From IMG/VR virus record IMGVR_UViG_3300012324_000001: 14,834 bases of DNA; one strand, written 5' to 3'. This stretch comes from a virus. The notes beneath the pieces were generated by a model, which worked only from the letters and a program-made list of their open reading frames with translations, did not search any database and was not told the origin of the DNA. Below, one piece after another: positions 7,019 through 14,250 of this stretch; positions within the stretch are counted from its first letter, which is position 1, and every line of letters begins with the position of its first letter. A program made the position numbers and the translations under genes.

Positions 7019-7289
7019 CCAAGTCATCCACCCGTGGCGCGCCGTACTGCGAACGACTCTCACCGCGCTAATAGCATTCCTGCCACTGCTACCGCAAATA
7101 GCGGACGCTATCAACATTGACGAAATTCCAGAAGTCGCCAAGTTTCTCGCTATCACGGTAGCGGTACAGCGAGTACTCACATTGCCTGGTGTTGAGAATT
7201 GGCTGAAACAGTACGCCCCCTGGCTCGCCGCTGAGGGGTATACATACCACGGGAACCATAGAGCTGAGGATAGACAGAATGAAGATTAA
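6969..7289 (+). CDS. Membrane protein with two predicted TM segments and an acidic C-terminus; holin candidate or holin partner. In-frame alternative starts at 6981 and 6993.
   Basis: Hydrophobic stretches LTALIAFLPLLPQIA and VAKFLAITVAVQRVLTL. Lies directly downstream of the endolysin. The 5' end overlaps the 6866..7018 ORF in another frame. Confidence 0.45.
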   Translation: MRPVMLERMSTEPPPPSQVIHPWRAVLRTTLTALIAFLPLLPQIADAINIDEIPEVAKFLAITVAVQRVLTLPGVENWLKQYAPWLAAEGYTYHGNHRAEDRQNED

Positions 7290-8886
7290 AGGATTAATTA
7301 TCCCCTACGGAGCGCCCGGCCGGACTAATGGCGGTATTCTCACCATTAACGCCGGGGCGGTCACTGTTCCCGCGGACATTGGCCGTGTGAAGCTACTCAG
7401 GGACCACTCCACTGAGCCGGGCTGGTCGCCGGTCGGGAAAGCCGTCGATATGCAAGAGACAAAAGACGGACTCGAGATGACCTTTGAGATAGGCGACACT
7501 GAGGACGGCCGGACCGCAATAGCAGATATTGAGTCCGGTATCCGAGACGCCCTCAGCGTGGAAATTATCGACACTGAGGTAAAGGGAAATGAGCTCACTA
7601 GCGGTATCCTTACCGCCGTGGCCCTGGTCCCGATTCCCGCGTTTGAGGAGGCCCGTATTTCTGAGATTACCGCCGCTCAACACGTAGAAGAGGATGAGCG
7701 GGTGAGCGTAGTATTCGCCCCCGATTCCCCGGCCCTAGCCGCCTCCCAAGATACTCAAGTTACCCGCCCCGAAAAGGAAGAGGAAAGCATGACCGAGAAG
7801 CGCACCATTCGTAAGACTATCGAGGATGAGAAGGACAACATCCCCGCCTCGAGCGAGTCTAACGAGACCTCTAGCGATGAAGAGGATGAAGAGGATGAAG
7901 AGGATGAAGAGGATGAGCGTAAGGAGTCTCAGGTGAACGCCGCCCGTGCCCCCCGCGGCCTCATGGTGAAGCAGAACGCGCCGCTGACTTTCTCTCAGGC
8001 AGTTGAGACTATTCAGCGCATGCGGACCGGACAGGCTGGCGCGGAAATGACCGCCGCCCTGGCCGATATCACCCGCTCTGCTAACCCGGCCGTATCCGCC
8101 CCTCAGTGGTTGGGCCAAATGTGGGACGGCGCGGACTACGAGCGAGAGATCGTCCCCACGTTCACTCAGGCCACCCTCACCCGCATGAAAGCCGTTGGCT
8201 GGCGTTTCACCCAAAAGCCTGAGGTCGATGACTACGCGGGCGACAAGGCAGAAATTCCTACTAACACCGTCGCTACGGAGCCGGTAGAGGTCAACGCCAA
8301 GCGACTCGCCGCCGGACACGATATCGACCGCGCATATTTTGACTTTAACGAGCGCGAGTTTCTCGAGGCATTCTTCAACGCCCGCGTTGTGGACTACAAG
8401 TTAAAGACCGATGAGCGCGCCGCCAAGTTCGCCTTTGATTCCGCCAAGGCCGCCCCGGCCGTAACTACCGGAACTGAGCCGGACCTGCTGCACGCCGCGG
8501 CCCGCGCCCGCCTCATCATCAAGCAACGTACGCGAGTTGAGCCAACGACCTACCTGGTTAACCCGGCCTCTATGTTCGGTCTATTCCAGATTACCCAGCT
8601 GGACAACCCGGCCTATCTGGACCTGCTAGGTGTACGCCCTGAGCGTTTCCTCGCTACGGACCTCGTACCTGAGGGGCAGGTAGTAGCCTACGCTAAGCAA
8701 GCGATGACCTGGTTCGAGCTACCGGGCTCGCCTATTCGTGTCGACGCTGAACGCATTGACCACGGAGGTAAGGATTCCGGTATTTTCGGATACTACGCCG
8801 CCATTCTGAATAACTCTCAGGGTGTTGTGTCTATCCCGTTCAATACCACCCCGGCCGCCCCGGTCGCTGACAACAACGAGGCCTAA
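7279..8886 (+). CDS. Prohead (capsid maturation) protease fused to major capsid protein (535 aa), joined by an acidic scaffold-like linker.
   Basis: N-terminal ~130 aa match the HK97 gp4-type prohead protease family (Peptidase U35/S78): VKLLRDHSTEPGWSPVGKAV...ETKDGLEMTFEIGDTEDGRTAIADIESGIRDALSVEI, with catalytic His in RDHS and Ser in ALSVEI. An acidic linker SSDEEDEEDEEDEEDE follows. The C-terminal ~330 aa is the only capsid-sized gene between portal and connector and has MCP-like segments (TYLVNPASMFGL..., GQVVAYAKQAMTWFELPGSPIRV). Confidence 0.7.
   Translation: MKIKGLIIPYGAPGRTNGGILTINAGAVTVPADIGRVKLLRDHSTEPGWSPVGKAVDMQETKDGLEMTFEIGDTEDGRTAIADIESGIRDALSVEIIDTEVKGNELTSGILTAVALVPIPAFEEARISEITAAQHVEEDERVSVVFAPDSPALAASQDTQVTRPEKEEESMTEKRTIRKTIEDEKDNIPASSESNETSSDEEDEEDEEDEEDERKESQVNAARAPRGLMVKQNAPLTFSQAVETIQRMRTGQAGAEMTAALADITRSANPAVSAPQWLGQMWDGADYEREIVPTFTQATLTRMKAVGWRFTQKPEVDDYAGDKAEIPTNTVATEPVEVNAKRLAAGHDIDRAYFDFNEREFLEAFFNARVVDYKLKTDERAAKFAFDSAKAAPAVTTGTEPDLLHAAARARLIIKQRTRVEPTTYLVNPASMFGLFQITQLDNPAYLDLLGVRPERFLATDLVPEGQVVAYAKQAMTWFELPGSPIRVDAERIDHGGKDSGIFGYYAAILNNSQGVVSIPFNTTPAAPVADNNEA
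7876..7917 (+). repeat. Tandem 9-bp repeat (GATGAAGAG) x ~4.7 encoding the (DEE)n acidic linker inside the protease-capsid gene.
   Basis: Direct reading: gatgaagag repeated at 7876, 7885, 7894, 7903, then gatgag. Confidence 0.85.
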
Positions 8887-8888
8887 TC

Positions 8889-9200
8889 ATGTCTGACATC
8901 ATCGCCGCCGATGAGGTATTGCACGCCATGCAACTAGGGGAGCGCGAGCGCCCTGAGGTTGAGGATGTGGTATCCGCCGTCAACGCTCTGATTAAGTCCT
9001 ATAAAGGGGACCGTGAAGAGTGGCCCGCCTATTGGCGGCAGGGCGCGAAGATGTTAGCTCAGCGAGTCTACCGTCGCCGGGATTCCCCGGCCGGTGTTGA
9101 GGCTATGGGCGAGCTAGGCCCGGTCTACGTCTCTCGTAACGACCCGGACCTAGCACAGTTGCTCGAGTTAGGCCGATATGCTAAGCCGGTGGTTGGATGA
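8889..9200 (+). CDS. Head-tail connector / adaptor protein (gp6-like), 103 aa.
   Basis: Position immediately after the capsid gene; size and C-terminal LAQLLELGRYAKPVV resemble gp6-like connector proteins. Stop overlaps the next ATG (ATGA). Confidence 0.5.
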   Translation: MSDIIAADEVLHAMQLGERERPEVEDVVSAVNALIKSYKGDREEWPAYWRQGAKMLAQRVYRRRDSPAGVEAMGELGPVYVSRNDPDLAQLLELGRYAKPVVG

Positions 9201-9550
9201 TTAAAGACAAACTAGACCATATGGTCACAGTGACAAAAGACGCCGGTATATCAGCTACCCTAGACCCGCCGAAAATTAACCCGCCCGGGGTCTGGATATG
9301 CGCCCGCCGCCTGGACACCGAGACTCTGCCGGGATTCTTTACCACAGTTGCGGATGTTTACCTAATCACCCGTGATACGGGAGTTATCCCCGCCCTCGAG
9401 ACTCTAGACGGCATGCTCGAGAAACTCATCGACGCCATCCACAACGATGACGCCCTCGAGATTGTATCCAGTGCCCTGGATGAGTCCGTAACCCTACCGC
9501 ATGGCGCGGCACCATTGCCCGCCTATCGACTATCAGTAAACATTTCTTAG
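9197..9550 (+). CDS. Head-tail joining protein (head closure / tail terminator candidate), 117 aa.
   Basis: Position and size only; translationally coupled to the connector gene. Confidence 0.35.
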   Translation: MIKDKLDHMVTVTKDAGISATLDPPKINPPGVWICARRLDTETLPGFFTTVADVYLITRDTGVIPALETLDGMLEKLIDAIHNDDALEIVSSALDESVTLPHGAAPLPAYRLSVNIS

Positions 9551-9560
9551 GAGAGTAATC

Positions 9561-9983
9561 ATGGTTGCACGCGCCCCACGCGCTCAAAAGCTAGGCCCTG
9601 GCGAGCTGAAAATCGGAGGTGATGAGCTAGATATCTCATGCCAGATGACTGAGGTAAAAATCACCTGGGATATCGACGAAGATGACGCCGTACCCACGCT
9701 ATGCGGTGGCACTATGCCGGGCGATACCACCTATCAGGCTAAGCTCGAGGGCGAGGCATATCAGGACCTCACTAAGGGCGGGATTCTAGAGTACACCTGG
9801 AAAAACAGGGGCGAAATCAAGTCTGTAACATTTACCCCCACCACTGGCACCGCAAAAATTACCGGCTCTGTAGTAATTCAGCCGCTCGAGCTGGGTGGCG
9901 AGGTAGGCAAAAAGAATACCTCTGATATTGAGTTCAGTTTCGCAGGGGACCCGGTATTCACCCCTAACGAGCCTGCTAAGTAG
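9561..9983 (+). CDS. Putative major tail (tube) protein, 140 aa, beta-rich.
   Basis: RBS AGGAGA before ATG 9561. Gly/Thr-rich beta-strand-like composition (GTAKITGSVVIQPLELGGEVGK...SDIEFSFAGDP) typical of small siphovirus tube proteins. No other tube candidate upstream of the chaperone/TMP genes. Confidence 0.4.
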   Translation: MVARAPRAQKLGPGELKIGGDELDISCQMTEVKITWDIDEDDAVPTLCGGTMPGDTTYQAKLEGEAYQDLTKGGILEYTWKNRGEIKSVTFTPTTGTAKITGSVVIQPLELGGEVGKKNTSDIEFSFAGDPVFTPNEPAK

Positions 9984-9988
9984 AGCTC

Positions 9989-10384
9989 ATGGTTTATCAG
10001 GGATTGAAAATTGAGGGCGGGCGGCAATTACGCCGCACCCTCAGGGACGCCGGTAGCGACCTACAAGACCTGAAAGAAGCTAACGCCGCCGCGGCCGGTA
10101 TCGTATCGGGTAAAGCAAAAAGCTGGGCCCCTACGAGGTCCGGTCGCCTCATGGCGTCGGTACGCTCATCCGGTACTAAGACGGCCGGTATCGTGAGGGC
10201 GGGTAACAACCGCAAATCAAAAAATGGCGTGCCCTACGCCGCGCCGATTCATTGGGGCTGGAAAGCACGTAATATCAAGGCTAACCCCTTTCTTTCCTAC
10301 TCAGCTCAGGCCACTGAGCCAACCTGGATTCGCCTATATGAGTCGCTCGTAAATAAAGCACTATCGAAAATCAAAGGAAAATAG
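9989..10384 (+). CDS. HK97 gp10-family protein (head-tail joining / tail completion), 131 aa.
   Basis: APTRSGRLMASVRSSG...AGIVRAGNN...VPYAAPIHWGW...ANPFL closely follows the HK97_gp10 family consensus (aPv.TG.Lr.Si....vG....YA..vefG....PFl). Confidence 0.55.
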   Translation: MVYQGLKIEGGRQLRRTLRDAGSDLQDLKEANAAAAGIVSGKAKSWAPTRSGRLMASVRSSGTKTAGIVRAGNNRKSKNGVPYAAPIHWGWKARNIKANPFLSYSAQATEPTWIRLYESLVNKALSKIKGK

Positions 10385-10388
10385 AAAT

Positions 10389-10661
10389 ATGTCTCTGAAA
10401 CTAGATGTAACGCTCGCTAATGGTGAACAGCATGAGGCGACCATCCTCAACCCTGATAGGGTTCGCTGGGATATGGCCGCTACTCGTAATGGATGGCCTA
10501 CGTTTGAAAAAGCGCCCTTTTTGGGAATGACGTATCTCGCATGGGCGAGCCTTAAGCGAGAGAATAAGTATTCCGGTACTTGGGATGAGTTCAAGGAAAC
10601 TGATTGCCTCGAGGTAGAGTCCCGCGATGAAGAGCTCGAGGATGACGCCACGGGAAAATAA
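10389..10661 (+). CDS. Tail assembly chaperone (G-like), 90 aa, acidic C-terminus.
   Basis: Position immediately upstream of the tape measure. Acidic tail (ESRDEELEDDATGK). Ends in the slippery heptamer G_GGA_AAA abutting the stop codon. Confidence 0.55.
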   Translation: MSLKLDVTLANGEQHEATILNPDRVRWDMAATRNGWPTFEKAPFLGMTYLAWASLKRENKYSGTWDEFKETDCLEVESRDEELEDDATGK

Positions 10662-10804
10662 TTCCTGAGGGTACTCTCGCCCGTACCCTGATTGAGCTGA
10701 GTTACGCCTGGAAAATCAGCCCGGCCGAAGTGCTCGCCCTGGATGATGAAATTCAGGCAACGATGATAGATATCCTGAGGGAGGTTAGTAAGCAAAGTGG
10801 CTAG
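10389..10804 (+). CDS. Tail assembly chaperone G-T fusion made by programmed -1 ribosomal frameshift at 10652-10658. The -1 frame adds ~48 aa (GKIIPEGTLARTLIELSYAWKISPAEVLALDDEIQATMIDILREVSKQSG), stopping at TAG 10802-10804.
   Basis: X_XXY_YYZ heptamer G_GGA_AAA sits exactly at the 0-frame stop (10659-10661). The -1 frame stays open for 48 codons through the whole 135-nt 'intergenic' gap and stops overlapping the TMP GTG start (10797). This is the canonical G/G-T arrangement. Confidence 0.5.
10652..10658 (+). other. Slippery heptamer GGGAAAA (-1 PRF site) of the tail chaperone gene.
   Basis: Read directly from the sequence; see the G-T feature. Confidence 0.5.
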
Positions 10805-12728
10805 TAAGACTGCTATCCTCTCAGTCCGTATCATTTCGGACGCGAAAAAAGCGGTAGCCGGATTCAAGGAGGCCGCGGGCGGCCTGGACGGCCTCGAGCG
10901 CAAACTGAATAAGGTCCAACCGGCCGCTACCGTAGCCGCGGGCGCGGTCATCGCTATGGGTAAACAAGCGATTGATAGCGCCTCTAAGCTCCAACAGTCT
11001 ACCGGCGCGGTTGAGGCTGTATTTAAAAATCAGTCGACCGCGATTAAGAAACTCGCCGCGGACGCGGCCGGGGCGGTAGGTCTATCCGCTAATCAGTATC
11101 AAGAGTTCGCCTCAGTCATTGGCTCTCAGCTTAAAAATCTAGGAACCGCTCAAGAGGACCTCGTACCCACTACGGATAAACTCATCACAATGGGCGCGGA
11201 CCTCGCCTCAATGTTCGGAGGTACTACCGCGGACGCCGTAGAAGCCCTCTCTGCTGCTTTCCGTGGTGAATATGATCCAGTTGAGCGCTACGGCATTTCG
11301 ATTAAGAAGAGCGACATTAACGCCCGGCTCGCCGCTAAGGGCCTGGACGGCCTCGAGGGTGAGGCGCTGAAAACCGCGGAAACTCAAGAGTTGCTCGCTA
11401 TGCTGACTGAACAATCAGCGGACGCTATGGGCAATTTCCAGCGCGAGACAGACACCGCCGCGGGCTCAGCGCAAATCGCCGCCGCTAATTGGGAAAACGC
11501 TAAGGCCTCGCTAGGTGAGGCATTCCTGCCTATTGTCACTCAGGCCGCGGAAAAGCTCGCTGGCATGTCTAGCGCCGTGAAAGAGCACCCCCAGTTATTT
11601 ACCGCAATGGCCGGGGCAATTGTGGGAGCCGCTGCCGCTATCAACCTCGCGCTACTCGCTATTAAGGGCTATCGCGCTGTTACCACTATCGTTACTGGTA
11701 TTAAGACCGCATGGGCGGGCCTGAACACGTCGATGGCCGTCATCCGAGGCCAGATGATTCTAGGTAACGCCGCGGCCGCCGCCCGGTCCGCTACCGCGTG
11801 GGTCGCCGCCGCCGCCCGCGCCGCGGCCGCATGGGTCGCTAACGTCGCCCGTATGGTGGGAGCGTGGGCTATGGCCGCCGCTCAGTCTGCCATCCACGGG
11901 GCTCGAGCCGGTATCCAGTGGGCACTAGGAGCCGCCCGCGCCGCTACCGCATGGGTAGTTAACCTCGCTCGTATCGGTATTGCCTGGACTCTCACAACGG
12001 CCCGCGTAGTAGCTCAGCTCGCCATCCAGCGCGGCGCTATGATGGCCGCCCGAGCCGCCACCCTTATGATGGCGGCAGGACAGGCGATTCTAAACGCCGT
12101 CATGTCTGCTAACCCTATTGCCATCGTGGTACTCGCCATCGCCGCCCTAGCGGCCGGGCTCGTAGTCGCCTATAACAAGAGCGAGACTTTCCGAAACGCG
12201 GTACAGGCCGCGGGTCGATTCGCTAAGGCTGCATTCGACCTCGCTAAAAACGCGGTAATGGGAGTCATTCACAAAATTGGCGAGGTCATTGGCCGCGTAG
12301 GTGGTGTTGGTGGTGCATTCCGTACCGCCATGAGTATCGCTAAGGGCGCGGTCGATATCCTCACATGGCCGCTACGTCAACTCATTGGTTTCATCGAAAA
12401 CGTCATTAGCGCGATTAGCCGTATCCGGTTCCCGTCGCCGCCTGGATGGATGAGAAAGCTCACGGGCGGCGCGGTTCAATTCTCAGCCGCTGGCGGGGCC
12501 ATGCTTACCGCCGCGGGGCCCGCTACGTTTAGCCCTATTGGTGGCGTGCTCTCAGGCGGTAGCTCGCCCGCCCCGGTCAATGTGGATAACAGGGTGATTA
12601 TTAATGTGGACGGGTCCGGTATTGTCGACCCCCGCGCCGTTGCTGAGCAAATCAGGGACGCGCTTAAATCGGATGGCCGCGGGCGCGGAGGCCGCCTCGC
12701 CGCCGGGGGAGGTGCTCAATGGCTGTAA
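10797..12728 (+). CDS. Tape measure protein (643 aa).
   Basis: Position after G/G-T. Long Ala-rich helical sequence with internal repeats (ATAWVAAAARAAAAWVANVARMVGAW...ATAWVVNLARIGIAWT), a hydrophobic membrane-like core (IAIVVLAIAALAAGLVVAY) and a Gly-rich C-terminus. Confidence 0.85.
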   Translation: MASKTAILSVRIISDAKKAVAGFKEAAGGLDGLERKLNKVQPAATVAAGAVIAMGKQAIDSASKLQQSTGAVEAVFKNQSTAIKKLAADAAGAVGLSANQYQEFASVIGSQLKNLGTAQEDLVPTTDKLITMGADLASMFGGTTADAVEALSAAFRGEYDPVERYGISIKKSDINARLAAKGLDGLEGEALKTAETQELLAMLTEQSADAMGNFQRETDTAAGSAQIAAANWENAKASLGEAFLPIVTQAAEKLAGMSSAVKEHPQLFTAMAGAIVGAAAAINLALLAIKGYRAVTTIVTGIKTAWAGLNTSMAVIRGQMILGNAAAAARSATAWVAAAARAAAAWVANVARMVGAWAMAAAQSAIHGARAGIQWALGAARAATAWVVNLARIGIAWTLTTARVVAQLAIQRGAMMAARAATLMMAAGQAILNAVMSANPIAIVVLAIAALAAGLVVAYNKSETFRNAVQAAGRFAKAAFDLAKNAVMGVIHKIGEVIGRVGGVGGAFRTAMSIAKGAVDILTWPLRQLIGFIENVISAISRIRFPSPPGWMRKLTGGAVQFSAAGGAMLTAAGPATFSPIGGVLSGGSSPAPVNVDNRVIINVDGSGIVDPRAVAEQIRDALKSDGRGRGGRLAAGGGAQWL

Positions 12729-14242
12729 CGCCTAAGCCATCCGTTTACATTAATGGCCGCCGCGTCGCGTGCTCTACGTATGCCCTGGACCGGGAGCCGG
12801 TCGCTATTCGTGGATTCGAGATTAAGTGGGGGCGCGCTGATTACCACGATTCCGACGCGGAACCCGCGTCAATTCGTCTACATATAGCGGACTCCACGGG
12901 TAAATGGGCTGAGTTGATTCGCACATCTCAAGCGATTGGACAGACTCTCGAGGTACGCCTCGAGGGGACCAACGACAAGACATACGAAACTCAAACCTGG
13001 ACACAGTTCCGCGGGCGCGTCTCTCGTGCGCTCGCCCGGCCGATGAGCAACACGGGCCCTCAGGGCGAGCAACGTTGGGAGATTACCCTGGACGGTGCAG
13101 ACCGTACCGCGGACATGGGCTCTCGTACCGTAACTGAGAGTGAGTGGCCTCAAGAGCAACTACTAACCCGCGCTATCCGTCTCCGCGATTATGGAAAAGC
13201 GGCTGGTAGCGGTATCGACAATATCTACTTTTACCCCGGCTATCTCGAGTCACGGTGTGGACCGCTGGACACTCAGCGCGCCACCCCGCTAGACCTCATG
13301 GGGCAGATGTATAGGTCTATGGGTAATGACTCGTGGGCCTACGACCCGGACGGGAACGTCGTTCGACAGGTGATTCGTCTCGCTCAGTCGCTACATATTC
13401 ACCTGGGCACGTTTGACGATACTCAGGGCGCGGTTATTCCAGTGGTGAACGATATCACTGTGGATAAGGTGCGTTATGAGGGTATCGGGCTAGGTGCATG
13501 CGAGCTCGCTGGCGATCCGCAAATTGAGGCTGACGTATCGACCGACATCAATAGGTTAGAGTGCAAGTGGAAAGACTACTCTACCGGATTTAAAGACTGG
13601 ACCACTGTTAAACAACAGGTTCCAGCGGGCGGCTCAGTCCACACGATGACCTGGGATAGCTGGTTTGACGCGGGCGAGGTCATCGACCCCACGCTCGCTA
13701 ACGTGTGGAATAGAGTACGCCAAGAGGGAGCCCGGCCGCGCCACCCTGAGATGGAACTACACCACCAAAAGACTTTCCCCACTTTCAGGCATGCTCACTG
13801 GTGGTTACATACGTGGGAGAATACCCGCCCGGCCTATCTAGCGGGCTCGCTACCGTGGCTATGGGTCATGGGAGGCTCAACTGACTATCCGCCCGTGGTC
13901 GCCCCGATTGGTGGCACTACGTCATATGATCCACGCTACGGATGGACCGTATCGATGACGGTCCACTGGATACAGAACACATCTACCACTAAGGACCCGG
14001 TACGATGGAACGACCTACCACAAATTAAATTCCAACTCAATACCGACACAGTCCCTTGGTGGTGGAAAACAGCCGGTTTACCTACGCCGCCGCCTAAGAC
14101 AGTGGGTGAGCGGACCCCTGAAAGAGATCTCACGTGGGGAGAGGTATCGGATGGCCGCGGCTACCGATTCGGAGATTCCGTCACGTGGGGAGACATGCAA
14201 AATGTACCCACTAACGGGGCTCAGATTGTTGACCATTTCTAG
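12719..14242 (+). CDS. Minor tail protein, Dit-like (distal tail) N-terminal domain with a Trp-rich C-terminal extension (507 aa).
   Basis: Immediately follows the TMP with a 10-nt overlap. N-terminus (VYINGRRVACSTYALDREPVAIRGFEIKWGR...) resembles siphovirus distal tail proteins. C-terminal half is rich in W/Y/P (WWLHTWENTRP..., PWWWKTAGLPTPPPK), consistent with a carbohydrate- or receptor-binding module. Confidence 0.5.
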   Translation: MAVTPKPSVYINGRRVACSTYALDREPVAIRGFEIKWGRADYHDSDAEPASIRLHIADSTGKWAELIRTSQAIGQTLEVRLEGTNDKTYETQTWTQFRGRVSRALARPMSNTGPQGEQRWEITLDGADRTADMGSRTVTESEWPQEQLLTRAIRLRDYGKAAGSGIDNIYFYPGYLESRCGPLDTQRATPLDLMGQMYRSMGNDSWAYDPDGNVVRQVIRLAQSLHIHLGTFDDTQGAVIPVVNDITVDKVRYEGIGLGACELAGDPQIEADVSTDINRLECKWKDYSTGFKDWTTVKQQVPAGGSVHTMTWDSWFDAGEVIDPTLANVWNRVRQEGARPRHPEMELHHQKTFPTFRHAHWWLHTWENTRPAYLAGSLPWLWVMGGSTDYPPVVAPIGGTTSYDPRYGWTVSMTVHWIQNTSTTKDPVRWNDLPQIKFQLNTDTVPWWWKTAGLPTPPPKTVGERTPERDLTWGEVSDGRGYRFGDSVTWGDMQNVPTNGAQIVDHF

Positions 14243-14250
14243 GAGATAAA

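Noticed and set aside
7735-8319. 194-aa minus-strand ORF
   Set aside because: Lies entirely inside the protease-capsid gene. It is a GC-rich shadow ORF, includes the reverse complement of the acidic tandem repeat (LILFILFILFI), and has no RBS.
10361-10951. 196-aa minus-strand ORF overlapping chaperone and tape-measure start
   Set aside because: Antisense to two well-supported + strand genes and to the frameshift extension. Low-complexity Ser/Ala-rich product. Judged a shadow ORF.
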